Assembly: GCA_050256215.1 (NCBI GenBank) | Contig: JBBWVM010000040.1 | Span: forward strand, 1 to 50,971 | DNA: 50,971 nt | Direction: 5' to 3' | Source of the DNA: Methylophilaceae bacterium | Lineage (GTDB): Bacteria > Pseudomonadota > Gammaproteobacteria > Burkholderiales > Methylophilaceae | Notes under the pieces: model-generated | The model's database searches: none | The model's input: only the letters and a program-made list of their open reading frames with translations | Told to the model about the DNA's origin: nothing | Translations under genes and position numbers: made by a program | In this document: positions 10,234 to 22,940 of the stretch, piece by piece | How the letters are laid out: every line of letters starts with the position of its first letter | How positions within the stretch are numbered: position 1 is the stretch's first letter

Positions 10234-11637
10234 ATGGAAGTTGTAACTCGTTTTGCACCTAGCCCCACAGGTTATCTTCATATTGGTGGTGCGCGTACTG
10301 CTTTATTTTCTTGGGCCTACGCTAAAAAAAATAAAGGTAAGTTTATTTTAAGGATTGAAGATACAGATATAGTCCGATCTACCCCAGAAGCTATAGAGGC
10401 AATTAAGGACGGTATGAAGTGGTTAGGTTTAGATTTTGATGGAGATATTGTTTTTCAAACACAACGCTTCGATCAATATAAAACATTTATCCAAACCTTA
10501 CTTGATAAAGGTGATGCTTATTATTGTTATGCATCAAAAGAGGAACTGGATGAATTAAGAGTCAATCAAATGAAACAGGGCTTAAAACCACGCTATGATG
10601 GTCGTTGGAGACCTGAAAGCGAGAAAAATTTACCCTCACCACCAGAAAATATTTCTCCTGTAATTCGTTTTAAAAATCCAACCGATGGACAAGTTACTTG
10701 GCAAGATTTAGTAAAAAATGAAATTACTATTCACAATCAAGAGTTAGATGATTTTATTATTGCGAGATCAGATGGAACACCAACATATAATTTTTGCGTT
10801 GTAATTGACGACTGGGAAATGAAGGTGACACATGTTATCCGCGGGGATGATCACATTAACAATACCCCTAGGCAGATTAATTTATTGAACGCTTTGGGAG
10901 CGCCTGTTCCTCAATATGCGCATTTGTCAATGATCCATGGGTCAGACGGCCAAAAACTGTCTAAGAGGCATGGCGCAGTTAGCGTCACTCAATATAGAGA
11001 TGAAGGTTATCTTCCTGAGGCAATGAATAATTATTTGGCTAGATTAGGCTGGAGTCATGGTGACGAAGAAGTATTTTCGATGAAACAATTATGTGAATGG
11101 TTTGATTTTGATCATATCACTTCATCAGCTGCGCAATTTAATACAGAGAAATTAGATTGGCTTAATGCGCATTATATTAAAATTAAAGAAGTAGATGTTT
11201 TAGTGAATTTAATTCAGTCTAGATTACATTCTATGAATATTTCTGTAAATAATGATGAATTGTTAAAAGGCGCGATTAAGCTTTATCGAGAGCGAGAAAA
11301 TAATCTTAATGTTTTTGCAAAAAATATTATTTTCTTTTTTAATAAACCAATTCCTACCTTAGAGTTAGTAAATAAATATCTCAATCAAAAATCAATCAAT
11401 AATATTCAAGAATTTATCGAAGGAATGTGTGATATTAAATGGTCGAATGAAGATATCAATCAATATTTAAAAGATTTTGTTAAGAAAAAAGAAATTAAAT
11501 TTCCTGCAATAGCAATGCCACTAAGGGTTCTACTAACTGGAAGTGACCATACCCCAAGTGTGGGGAGTATAATTTATCTTTTGGGTCTTGATGAAACGAA
11601 ATTAAGATTAAATAATTATTTGAATGATAATAGTTAA
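10234..11637 (+). CDS. gltX: Glutamate--tRNA ligase
   Basis: RFAPSPTGYLHIGG (HIGH), LRIEDTD, KLSKRHGA (KMSKS-like). Confidence 0.98.
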   Translation: MEVVTRFAPSPTGYLHIGGARTALFSWAYAKKNKGKFILRIEDTDIVRSTPEAIEAIKDGMKWLGLDFDGDIVFQTQRFDQYKTFIQTLLDKGDAYYCYASKEELDELRVNQMKQGLKPRYDGRWRPESEKNLPSPPENISPVIRFKNPTDGQVTWQDLVKNEITIHNQELDDFIIARSDGTPTYNFCVVIDDWEMKVTHVIRGDDHINNTPRQINLLNALGAPVPQYAHLSMIHGSDGQKLSKRHGAVSVTQYRDEGYLPEAMNNYLARLGWSHGDEEVFSMKQLCEWFDFDHITSSAAQFNTEKLDWLNAHYIKIKEVDVLVNLIQSRLHSMNISVNNDELLKGAIKLYRERENNLNVFAKNIIFFFNKPIPTLELVNKYLNQKSINNIQEFIEGMCDIKWSNEDINQYLKDFVKKKEIKFPAIAMPLRVLLTGSDHTPSVGSIIYLLGLDETKLRLNNYLNDNS

Positions 11638-11641
11638 ATAA

Positions 11642-11866
11642 ATGGAGAAGAATGTTATGCACCTTCAGGAACTATTTTTGAATCAACTTATGAAAGATAA
11701 TATATCAGTATCTATTTATCTTTTGAATGGCATAAAATTGCAAGGCCATATTGAGTCATTTGATCAATATATAATTGTCTTAAATGGTAATGTCCCGCAG
11801 CTTATTTATAAACATTCAATTTCGACCATCGTTCCATCAAAAAAAATAAACTTAAATGAATCATAA
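11642..11866 (+). CDS. hfq: RNA chaperone Hfq
   Basis: [34 protein letters not shown]; upstream of hflX. Confidence 0.93.
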   Translation: MEKNVMHLQELFLNQLMKDNISVSIYLLNGIKLQGHIESFDQYIIVLNGNVPQLIYKHSISTIVPSKKINLNES

Positions 11867-11874
11867 GCGCACTT

Positions 11875-13032
11875 ATGTTTGATAGACCACAAGAAGGAGA
11901 TAAAGCTATACTGGTGAGTCTTAATTTCGGAGATAAAAATCATCATGAAAATACGGAAGAGCTTGTTCAATTAGTTGCTAGTGCAGGTTTTGAGGTTGCT
12001 GAATTAGTTAAAAGTAATAGATCTTCGCCTCACTCAAAGTACTTTGTTGGCTCAGGGAAGGCTGAAGAGTTAATTCAAATTAAAATACAAACACAAGCAA
12101 CAATACTGATCTTCAATCATGAATTAACCCCATCTCAAGAAAGAAATATTGAAAAACTTACTAACATGCGAGTTTATGATCGAACGGCATTGATATTGTA
12201 TATATTTGCTATAAGGGCAAAAAGTCACGAAGGTAAGCTTCAGGTAGAGTTGGCTCATCTTAATCATTTGTCTTCTAGATTAATTAAAGGCTGGAGTCAC
12301 CTTGAAAGACAAAAAGGAGGTATAGGAGTCCGTGGAGGACCTGGTGAAAAACAAATAGAGTTGGATAGAAGGATGTTGGGCTTACGGATAAAGCAACTTA
12401 AAGAAAAATTAAAGAAACTTCATCAGCAAAGAGGAATGCAACGTAGATCTCGAAGAAGGTCAAAAACTCTAACTATTTCTATAGTTGGCTATACCATTGC
12501 AGGAAAATCGACACTATTTAACAAATTAACGCACGAGACTATTTTAGTCGAAAATAAATTATTTGCGACTTTGGATACAACATCGAGGAAATTATTTATT
12601 GAACCCGGTCATAACATCGTTGTTTCGGATACTGTTGGGTTTATTAAAGATTTACCAACTACACTGATAGAGTCATTTAAATCTACGTTAGAGGAAGCAA
12701 CGGAGTCAGATTTATTGTTACACGTGGTTGATATTAGTGATGCTTATAAGAGTGAACAAATTCTAGAAGTAGATAAAATTTTAAAAGAAATTCATGCTCA
12801 TAAAATACCACAGATTTTAATTTTAAATCAGATTGATAAAATTAGCCTTAATGCTGACTATGATCGGGACGAATATGGTAAAATCAATAGAATTCAGTTA
12901 TCAGCTATATCAGGCAATGGAATTGAATTTTTAAGGCAAGCAATAGTTGAATTTAGTCAAATGTTAATTAATCAAAGAAATGGAAATTATGCAAAATTTA
13001 GTCGGGAAGATTTTTTCAAAAAAGCCTCTTAG
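11875..13032 (+). CDS. hflX: Ribosome rescue GTPase HflX
   Basis: EGKLQVELA, GPGEKQIELDRR, LFATLDTT, DTVGFI; variant P-loop GYTIAGKS. Confidence 0.96.
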   Translation: MFDRPQEGDKAILVSLNFGDKNHHENTEELVQLVASAGFEVAELVKSNRSSPHSKYFVGSGKAEELIQIKIQTQATILIFNHELTPSQERNIEKLTNMRVYDRTALILYIFAIRAKSHEGKLQVELAHLNHLSSRLIKGWSHLERQKGGIGVRGGPGEKQIELDRRMLGLRIKQLKEKLKKLHQQRGMQRRSRRRSKTLTISIVGYTIAGKSTLFNKLTHETILVENKLFATLDTTSRKLFIEPGHNIVVSDTVGFIKDLPTTLIESFKSTLEEATESDLLLHVVDISDAYKSEQILEVDKILKEIHAHKIPQILILNQIDKISLNADYDRDEYGKINRIQLSAISGNGIEFLRQAIVEFSQMLINQRNGNYAKFSREDFFKKAS

Positions 13033-14221
13033 GGCAAGTAATGAGGGGCCACCAGATCTTGATGATCTTTTCAAAGATCTAAGGAATAAGATTAATAATT
13101 TATTTAGAACAGGCCCAAAAAGATTAAATGGTGGTGGAAACTTTAATCAGAATCAAGGGACTTCAAATAATGGTTCAGATAGGATTCCGGTTTTACCTAT
13201 TATCATAATTGTCTTATTGATATGGATGGCTACTGGCTTTTATATTGTCGATCAAGGGTCGCGTGGTATTGAATTAAGGTTTGGTAAATATCTTCAAACA
13301 ACCCAACCTGGTCCGAGCTGGCACCTTCCATATCCAATTGAAACCGTTGAAGTAGTCGATCAAGAACAAGTGCGAACTATAGAAGTAGGTTATCGTACAG
13401 CAGGGGGAGGAACTACACAGGAACTTAGAGAATCTTTAATGTTAACTGGGGATGAAAATATTATCGATCTTCAGTTTGCTATTCAATACAATTTAAAATC
13501 ATCGGAAGACTATCTATTTAAAAATAGATCAACAGACAGTGCTGTTAGAGGGGCGGCCGAGAGCGCTATGAGAGAGATTGTAGGTAAAAGTAATATGGAT
13601 TTTGTTTTGTATGAAGGGCGTGAGGAAATTGCATTAAGAGCTAAAGAATTAGTACAATCTATTTTAGATCTTTACCAGACAGGAATTAATGTAACTAGTA
13701 TAACTATGCAAAATGCTCAACCACCAGAACAAGTACAGGCTGCATTTGATGATGCGGTAAAAGCAAAGCAAGATCTGGAAAGACAAAAAAATGAAGGTCT
13801 GGCTTATGCTAACGATATTGTTCCGAAAGCAACAGGGTCAGCAGCTAGATTAATGGCCGAAGCAAATGCTTATAAAGTATCTGTTGAGAATGAGTCCATA
13901 GGTAAGGCTAGTAGGTTCAGTCAAATATTAACTGAATATCTTCGAGCGCCTGTTGTAACGAGAAATCGTTTATTTTTAGAAGCTCAAGAACAAATTTTGT
14001 CGAGTGTTTCAAAAGTCATTGTGGACCAAAAAGGCTCAAATAGTCTCTTATATTTACCGCTTGATAAAATGATAAATAATCAGACAAGATCTTTAAATAA
14101 AGATCAATCAAGTCAGGGCTCAGTAGATTCTAGTAGCTCATCAGCAGCGGACATAATTAATTCAACAAAAGCAGATCGATCTCGAGGTACATTTCGTACT
14201 AGAGAACGTGATGCAAGATAG
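12980..14221 (+). CDS. hflK: FtsH protease modulator HflK
   Basis: GPPDLD, TM helix, SPFH domain (MLTGDENI, PPEQVQAAFDD, LLYLPLDK); start may be 12989. Confidence 0.96.
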   Translation: MEIMQNLVGKIFSKKPLRASNEGPPDLDDLFKDLRNKINNLFRTGPKRLNGGGNFNQNQGTSNNGSDRIPVLPIIIIVLLIWMATGFYIVDQGSRGIELRFGKYLQTTQPGPSWHLPYPIETVEVVDQEQVRTIEVGYRTAGGGTTQELRESLMLTGDENIIDLQFAIQYNLKSSEDYLFKNRSTDSAVRGAAESAMREIVGKSNMDFVLYEGREEIALRAKELVQSILDLYQTGINVTSITMQNAQPPEQVQAAFDDAVKAKQDLERQKNEGLAYANDIVPKATGSAARLMAEANAYKVSVENESIGKASRFSQILTEYLRAPVVTRNRLFLEAQEQILSSVSKVIVDQKGSNSLLYLPLDKMINNQTRSLNKDQSSQGSVDSSSSSAADIINSTKADRSRGTFRTRERDAR

Positions 14222-14233
14222 ATTAGGAATAAC

Positions 14234-15103
14234 ATGAAAATATTAACAAGAACATTAGTTGCATTAACTGTAGGCTTAATTTTATTGAGCTTATCGACTT
14301 ATACAGTAGATCAGAGAGAGTTTGCCCTTGTTTTTCGCTTAGGTGAGGTCATTCATGTTAAAAAAGATCCCGGTATTTTTTTCAAGTTACCGATGATCGA
14401 TAATGTGAGATTTATTGAAAAAAGAATATTAACTTACGATTCGACAATACCCGATAGGTTTATTACGAGTGAGAAAAAGAACGTGCTTGTAGATTCATAC
14501 ATTAAATGGCGCATTATTGATCCCATGAAATATTATGTCTCTGTTGCTGGGGATGAGCGAAAAGCCGAAAGAAGATTATCCCAATTTGTAAACGATGGCC
14601 TGAGGGCTGAATTTGGTAAAAGAACAATTCAGGAGGTTGTATCTGGTCAAAGGTCGGAGATTATAGGCATATTACAACAAAGGGCAGATCGAGATTCAAG
14701 ACAAATAGGTATTGAGATTTTAGATGTTCGGCTTAGAAGGGTGGATTTACCTAAAGAGGTAAGTGAATCAGTTTACCAAAGAATGGAAGCAGAACGAAAA
14801 TCTGTAGCAAATGAATTAAGATCTAAAGGTTTTGCAGAATCAGAAAAGATACGTGCTGGAGCCGAGAGAGATAGAGATATTATCATTACTAATGCATATA
14901 AAGAAGCACAGATAATTAAAGGTGAGGGTGATGCTATAGCCTCTGCTATCTACGCTAAAGCTTATTCCCAGGATAAAGAATTCTATGATTTTTATAGAAG
15001 TCTTGAAGCTTATAAGAATAGCTTGAATGGAAAGGATGATATTTTAGTTTTAGATCCTAGTTCAGATTTCTTTAAGTATCTACGTGGCCCTAATAAAAAG
15101 TAA
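14234..15103 (+). CDS. hflC: FtsH protease modulator HflC
   Basis: SPFH domain, TSEKKNVLVD, RMEAER, FYDFYRSLEAY, SDFFKY. Confidence 0.96.
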   Translation: MKILTRTLVALTVGLILLSLSTYTVDQREFALVFRLGEVIHVKKDPGIFFKLPMIDNVRFIEKRILTYDSTIPDRFITSEKKNVLVDSYIKWRIIDPMKYYVSVAGDERKAERRLSQFVNDGLRAEFGKRTIQEVVSGQRSEIIGILQQRADRDSRQIGIEILDVRLRRVDLPKEVSESVYQRMEAERKSVANELRSKGFAESEKIRAGAERDRDIIITNAYKEAQIIKGEGDAIASAIYAKAYSQDKEFYDFYRSLEAYKNSLNGKDDILVLDPSSDFFKYLRGPNKK

Positions 15104-15292
15104 TTGCAAGACACTATATTTCTAGCTATAGGATTAATGTTAATTATCGAAGGAATTTTTCCTTTATTTTTTACAGAAATTTGGAAAGATACTTTTGTTA
15201 AAATCACAAAACAAAGAAATGGCCAAATAAAGTTTTATGGGCTTTTATCAATGCTTTTGGGTATTATTATTATAACATTTATTGGAAATTAA
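15104..15292 (+). CDS. DUF2065 (YjeT-like) small membrane protein
   Basis: AIGLMLIIEG motif, two hydrophobic helices, conserved position between hflC and hisZ. Confidence 0.85.
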   Translation: MQDTIFLAIGLMLIIEGIFPLFFTEIWKDTFVKITKQRNGQIKFYGLLSMLLGIIIITFIGN

Positions 15293-17592
<2,300 letters not shown>

Positions 17593-17634
17593 TTTTTTTA
17601 AAGACTAGATAAAAATAATGGGATAACTTAAGTT

Positions 17635-18966
17635 TTGGCAGATCATTCCAAAAAAAATGCTAATGTAATTGTTTCTGCGACTTGGATTTTTACCGCAGAT
17701 AATCAAGGTCGCTTATTAAAAGATCATTCCGTAGTGATCCAAGATGACATAATTATTGATTTATTATCTACAGAGTCCGTATTTGATTTTTATGACTCAA
17801 ACGAAGTTTACTCTCTGTCGGGTCATATCTTAATTCCGGGTTTAATCAATACCCATACACATTCAGCAATGAGCCTATTAAAAGGGTACGCTAATGATCT
17901 TCCATTAGCACAATGGTTAAATGATTATATTTGGCCTGCTGAGAAAAAATATATAAATCCTAGATTTGTTAAAGATGGATCTATGATTGCTATCACAGAA
18001 ATGATCAAAGCAGGCATAACAACCTTCAATGACATGTACTTTTATCCTGATTCAACCGCACAGGCTGCAACTGAACTAGGTATTCGAGCCAATATTGGTT
18101 TGATAGTAATGGATTTTTCAACAAATTATGCAAATGACCCACAAGATTATTTAACTAAAGGATTTGAGTTTAGAGATCAATGGCGGGACGCAGATTTAAT
18201 TACAACCTGTATAGCCCCTCATGCACCTTATTCAGTTTCTAATGACGCTTTTGAATTAATTGGTACATATGCCGAACAATTAGATTTGTCGGTTCATACG
18301 CACCTTCATGAGACAGAGTGGGAGGTGAATGAAAGTGTGAGGCAGTATGGAGTCAGCCCCATTCAAAGGCTAGACGGGTTAGGTTTATTAGGTCCTAATC
18401 TCATGGCTGCACACTGTGTTCATTTAAATGATCAAGATTTTAATCTTTTAAGTCAAAATAATGTACATGTTATTCATAATCCATCATCTAATATGAAGCT
18501 AGGTAGTGGTATTGCGGATTTATCAACCATGATTGATCATGATATTAATATTTGCCTTGGTTCGGATAGTTCGGCAAGTAATAATCGTTTAGATATTCTT
18601 GAAGAAATGCGTCTTGCTTCCCTTTTGGCAAAAGGGGAAAGAATGGACCCTCAGTTCTTATCCTCCGAGCAAGTATTAAGGATGGCAACTATTCATGGAG
18701 CAAAAGCCATTGGGCTTGAGTCTAAAATTGGCTCAATTGAAAAAGGTAAAAAGGCGGATATAGTGGCATTAAATTTAGATTCGATCGAATGTCAACCATC
18801 ATACGATCCGATTGCTACTTTGGTTTATAGTAGTAGCAGAGCTGATGTTAACTATGTTTGGATTAATGGAAAAATTAAACTCAAAGAAAATAATCTGGTT
18901 GGTATTGATACTGAAAAAATATTATATTTAGCAAAGTCATGGCAAACAAAAATACAAACAACGTAG
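17635..18966 (+). CDS. mtaD: TRZ/ATZ-family amidohydrolase (5-methylthioadenosine/SAH deaminase-like)
   Basis: PGLINTHTH, APHAPY, HTHLHET, AAHCVH, SNMKLGSG, LGSDS; mtaD-ubiG-gph context. Confidence 0.85.
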   Translation: MADHSKKNANVIVSATWIFTADNQGRLLKDHSVVIQDDIIIDLLSTESVFDFYDSNEVYSLSGHILIPGLINTHTHSAMSLLKGYANDLPLAQWLNDYIWPAEKKYINPRFVKDGSMIAITEMIKAGITTFNDMYFYPDSTAQAATELGIRANIGLIVMDFSTNYANDPQDYLTKGFEFRDQWRDADLITTCIAPHAPYSVSNDAFELIGTYAEQLDLSVHTHLHETEWEVNESVRQYGVSPIQRLDGLGLLGPNLMAAHCVHLNDQDFNLLSQNNVHVIHNPSSNMKLGSGIADLSTMIDHDINICLGSDSSASNNRLDILEEMRLASLLAKGERMDPQFLSSEQVLRMATIHGAKAIGLESKIGSIEKGKKADIVALNLDSIECQPSYDPIATLVYSSSRADVNYVWINGKIKLKENNLVGIDTEKILYLAKSWQTKIQTT

Positions 18967-19655
18967 ATGTAAACGAAGTTCAAAAATTTAATTTGTTGGC
19001 TCATAAGTGGTGGGATGAGACAAGTGAGTTTAAACCGCTTCATGAGATTAATCCTTTGCGATTAAATTATATTAAATCAAAGGTTAATTTAAGTGAAAAA
19101 ACAGTTTTAGATGTAGGTTGTGGAGGTGGCATTTTAACAGAAGCTCTTGCAAGAGAGGGGAGTGTGGTTACCGGTATCGACCAAGGTGAAAAAGTAATTC
19201 AAATTGCTAAACTACATGCAAAAGAATCTAAATTAACTATTGATTATAAGCATATGAATATAGAGAATTTTTTAAAAATTAATAAGGAAAAATTTGATAT
19301 AATCACATGTCTTGAAATGTTGGAACATGTCCCAAATCCTCGGTCAATAATTAATGCATGTGCATCGCTTTTAAAGCCTGGAGGACATTTATTTTTTTCT
19401 ACCATTAATAAAAATCCGAAATCTTTTTTGTATGCAATTTTAGGCGCGGAATATATTTTAAATTTACTGCCTAAAGGTACTCATGAATATAATAAATTTA
19501 TAACGCCTAGCCAATTAAGAGAATGGTGTATTGAGAATGCATTGGATTTTAAGGATATTACTGGAATGACCTATAACCCACTCACTCAAAAATATCGTCT
19601 TTGTAATAATGTTTCGGTTAACTATTTAGTTGAAGTTAGATCACTGGATGGCTAA
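18939..19655 (+). CDS. ubiG: Ubiquinone biosynthesis O-methyltransferase
   Basis: WWD...FKPLHEINPLR, LDVGCGGGIL, CLEMLEHVP, LPKGTH. Confidence 0.97.
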   Translation: MANKNTNNVDVNEVQKFNLLAHKWWDETSEFKPLHEINPLRLNYIKSKVNLSEKTVLDVGCGGGILTEALAREGSVVTGIDQGEKVIQIAKLHAKESKLTIDYKHMNIENFLKINKEKFDIITCLEMLEHVPNPRSIINACASLLKPGGHLFFSTINKNPKSFLYAILGAEYILNLLPKGTHEYNKFITPSQLREWCIENALDFKDITGMTYNPLTQKYRLCNNVSVNYLVEVRSLDG

Positions 19656-20292
19656 AGTTGTTTTATTTGACTTTGACGGTACTTTGGCAGATACTGCGCC
19701 CGATCTCGTTTTAACTACAAATGAATTGCTTGCCTCTTACGACCTGCCACCTATATCTTTTGAGGCTGGTAGGAAGGTAGCGTCTGAAGGAACGCGAGCA
19801 TTTTTAAATCTTGGATTTAAAAATAAATCTATAAACCTTGATGATTTAACCAAGCAATTTTTAAGGATATATCAGAAAAATATTCTTAATCAGCCAATGT
19901 TGTTTGAAGGGGTGATTGAATTGATTGACTATCTGGATAAGAATAATGTTCGCTGGGGGATTGTTACTAATAAACCAAGAATATTTACTGAGTGTATTTT
20001 AAATTATTATAATCTTAAGAAAAGATATACGTTGCTTTTGTGTGGTGATGACGGATTCAGGCCCAAACCAGCACCAGATTTACTATTAGAGGCTTGTAGA
20101 TTGTTGAAGATAACCCCGCTTGAGGTTATGTATGTGGGTGATGGTCAAAGAGATATTGAATCTGCTAAATCTGCGAAGATCCTTTCGGTATTAGCGTGTT
20201 ATGGGTATTTAAAAATCTCGGATCGTATTGATGAATGGAATGCTGATTACCTAATTAATTCACCTTTAGAGCTGATTGATTTGATTGATTAG
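19648..20292 (+). CDS. gph: HAD phosphatase (phosphoglycolate phosphatase / MupP-like)
   Basis: FDFDGTLADT, VTNKP, KPAP, YVGD..RDI; ATG at 19648 preferred over TTG at 19630. Confidence 0.85.
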   Translation: MAKVVLFDFDGTLADTAPDLVLTTNELLASYDLPPISFEAGRKVASEGTRAFLNLGFKNKSINLDDLTKQFLRIYQKNILNQPMLFEGVIELIDYLDKNNVRWGIVTNKPRIFTECILNYYNLKKRYTLLLCGDDGFRPKPAPDLLLEACRLLKITPLEVMYVGDGQRDIESAKSAKILSVLACYGYLKISDRIDEWNADYLINSPLELIDLID

Positions 20293-20885
20293 ATTGTTTT
20301 TCTTTCAACTATTGCTTGGGCTAAAGTTCCGCTATCAACATATTCGATTTCACCACCCATGGGAAGGCCCCTTGCAATTCGACTAATTTTTATTTTTGTA
20401 TCTTTTAAAAGTTCCTTTATGTATTGTGCTGTTGCATTACCTTCTACAGTAAAGTTAGTGGCTAAAATAATTTCATTGATTTCTGAATCTTGTACTCGTT
20501 TTATTAATTTACTAAGATGAATATCTTTAGGCCCAATACCATCTAAAGGAGAGAGTCTTCCCATTAAAATGAAATACAGTCCTTTGAAAGAATGTGTTTG
20601 TTCTAGCATTAAAAGGTCTGTGGGCATTTCCACAATACAAAGTATGTTGTTTTCTCGCTTTGAGGATCTGCAGATTGAGCAGATGAGTTCTTCAGAAAAA
20701 TTATTACAAAGTTTACAATGACCTAGCTCCTCTAAGGCTTCAGTAATGGAGGTGGCTAAATTTTTCGCCCCTTCTCGATCTCTTTGGAGAAGGAAGTAAG
20801 TCAGTCTTAACGCAGATTTTGGTCCAACCCCCGGAAGGCAGTTAAGTGCATCTGTAAGTCTATTAAGGCTCGTGTTATTTTTCAC
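20289..20885 (-). CDS. recR: Recombination mediator RecR
   Basis: LPGVGPKSA, C4 zinc finger (CKLC..CSIC), Toprim GRLSPLDGIGP, IARGLPMGGE. Confidence 0.98.
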   Translation of the reverse strand: MKNNTSLNRLTDALNCLPGVGPKSALRLTYFLLQRDREGAKNLATSITEALEELGHCKLCNNFSEELICSICRSSKRENNILCIVEMPTDLLMLEQTHSFKGLYFILMGRLSPLDGIGPKDIHLSKLIKRVQDSEINEIILATNFTVEGNATAQYIKELLKDTKIKISRIARGLPMGGEIEYVDSGTLAQAIVERKTI

Positions 20886-20887
20886 AA

Positions 20888-21196
20888 TTAGAAGGGTAGG
20901 TTCATTCCGGGAGGCACTAATCCACCCATCTTTTGTGATGTAGTGGACTCAACTTTTTGTAAGGCGTCTTTAAAAGCAACCATTATAAGGTCCTCTAACA
21001 TCTCCTTATCATCAAGTAAGCTTGGATCAATCTCAATTTTTCTAATTTCATTCTTGCACGATATATTAATTTTTACTAAACCATTGCCAGCTGATCCTTC
21101 AACGTTGATATTAGCAAGCTCTGCTTGAGCTTTTTGTAAATTTGCTTGCATCATTTGTGCTTGTTTCATTAAGTTGCCCATACCACCTTTACTCAT
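20888..21196 (-). CDS. ybaB: YbaB/EbfC nucleoid-associated protein
   Basis: [23 protein letters not shown]; lies between dnaX and recR. Confidence 0.95.
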   Translation of the reverse strand: MSKGGMGNLMKQAQMMQANLQKAQAELANINVEGSAGNGLVKINISCKNEIRKIEIDPSLLDDKEMLEDLIMVAFKDALQKVESTTSQKMGGLVPPGMNLPF

Positions 21197-21197
21197 T

Positions 21198-22781
21198 TTA
21201 TTTATCCTTTTTTATTGGTTCGATACTAGTGGGGATAATTTCTGCCCCAAATTCATTTATTAATTCTTTGACAAAATTATCTTGCATCATAGCAGATTCA
21301 GTTGTTTTCAATAATGTCGCTTTCTCATTTTTTTTAACGATAGCAGGGGTGGACATGACAGTCCCTATTGAAATATTAATCTTTATTCTTTTATTGAAGT
21401 AGTTTATTAACGTTTCTTCAAGTTTTTTTATATAGGCTTGCTGAGCTAGGTGCTTCTTTTTTTCATCTAGGGAAAGATAAAATACAAATTCTTTAAATTC
21501 TATTAATTCACACTCTTGAGCTAAAGATTTAGTGATTCCTAGTTTAAGTTGATCAACTAATTTATGCCAATCACCATCAAATATATTATTGTTTACTTGT
21601 TTGAGTAAGGCAGTATTAGTTGTTAAATTATTTTCTATTTTTGGCGGAATATTATCTGCTTTAGTTTCTATTTGGATGTTTTTTTTGTTACTTATTTTCA
21701 TAGATGGAAAAAATGCCAACATTCTTAAGGTCGTCATGCTGAATCCAGTATGAGGATCTGGGGCAAGGTAAAGTTCTTTTCTACCATTAATACTAATTTG
21801 ATAAAATAATTGTAGAGTTTCTGCTGAAAATAAATGAGCCAGTTGTTTTAAAGTTGTTTCATTTTCACTGCCTTTAAAGCTATTTGGAATAATTTGATAA
21901 GTTGATACTTCATAGATTAGCTTGGCAAGGTCTTCTAAGGCCACATCAAACGCGATATTTTTTTGATCCATTTCATGTGTGAGCGCCACTAATTGTTCTC
22001 CATCCTTACTTGCTAAAGCATTTAATATGTCTATCAAGAAGACGTCATCAATCGTCCCAAGCATCGCAAGGATTTTTTTAGCAGTTATCTTACCTCCAGC
22101 ATAAGCAATTGCTTGATCAAGAATAGATAAGGCATCCCTCATACTTCCCCTTGCAGATTTTGCAATCAGCGATAATGCCTTTGTGTCAAATTCAATCTTT
22201 TCTGAATGTAGAATAAGCTCTAAATGCTTATTAATACTATCAATTGTCATTTGCTTCAAATTAAACTGGAGGCATCTAGAAAGAACTGTTACTGGGACTT
22301 TTTTAGGGTCAGTTGTGGCTAATATGAATTTAATATGGCTTGGGGGCTCTTCCAGTGTTTTTAACATGGCATTGAAAGCGCTGTTCGAAAGCATATGAAC
22401 TTCATCAATAATATAAATTTTAAATCGACCTGAGGAAGGAGCGTATTGTGCGTTGTCTAACAACCCCCGCATTTCATCTACTTTAGTATTAGAGGCCGCA
22501 TCAACCTCTATAAGGTCAACAAATCGGCCTGTATCAACGTCCTTACAGGCAGAGCAGGCGTTGCATGGTTTTGATGAAATTCCTTTTTCGCAATTTAAGG
22601 ACTTTGCTAATATTCTAGCAAGCGTTGTCTTGCCGACTCCTCTTGTCCCTGTGAATAAATAAGCATGATGAAGCCGATCATGATCGAGAGCATTAGTCAG
22701 TGCTTGGACAGTGTTATCTTGTCCAATCAGTGTTTCGAATGTTTTAGGTCGCCACTTTCGGGCTAGTACTTGATATGACAT
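21198..22781 (-). CDS. dnaX: DNA polymerase III subunit gamma/tau
   Basis: [15 protein letters not shown], Zn-binding cysteines, [17 protein letters not shown]. Confidence 0.98.
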   Translation of the reverse strand: MSYQVLARKWRPKTFETLIGQDNTVQALTNALDHDRLHHAYLFTGTRGVGKTTLARILAKSLNCEKGISSKPCNACSACKDVDTGRFVDLIEVDAASNTKVDEMRGLLDNAQYAPSSGRFKIYIIDEVHMLSNSAFNAMLKTLEEPPSHIKFILATTDPKKVPVTVLSRCLQFNLKQMTIDSINKHLELILHSEKIEFDTKALSLIAKSARGSMRDALSILDQAIAYAGGKITAKKILAMLGTIDDVFLIDILNALASKDGEQLVALTHEMDQKNIAFDVALEDLAKLIYEVSTYQIIPNSFKGSENETTLKQLAHLFSAETLQLFYQISINGRKELYLAPDPHTGFSMTTLRMLAFFPSMKISNKKNIQIETKADNIPPKIENNLTTNTALLKQVNNNIFDGDWHKLVDQLKLGITKSLAQECELIEFKEFVFYLSLDEKKKHLAQQAYIKKLEETLINYFNKRIKINISIGTVMSTPAIVKKNEKATLLKTTESAMMQDNFVKELINEFGAEIIPTSIEPIKKDK

Positions 22782-22805
22782 TTATTTTTTTTATCGTTGA
22801 TAAAA

Positions 22806-22902
22806 TGGCGAGCCAGACCCCCGGCACTTACATCGTTAGTTGTGGCTGCTTGCTTCCGCATCTGACCAGGTTGGCTAAGTCGCAATGCGAGGAGGCCCGC
22901 CA
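22806..22902 (-). ncRNA. ffs: Signal recognition particle 4.5S RNA
   Basis: Minus strand reads GGCGGGCC...GGUCAGAUGCGGAAGCAAGCAGCC...GGCUCGCC: paired ends, domain IV with GGAA tetraloop; directly upstream of dnaX; TAAAAT -10 at 22913-22908. Confidence 0.93.
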
Positions 22903-22940
22903 GTTACATTTTACCTTAATTAGTAATCTTTATCGGAAAT

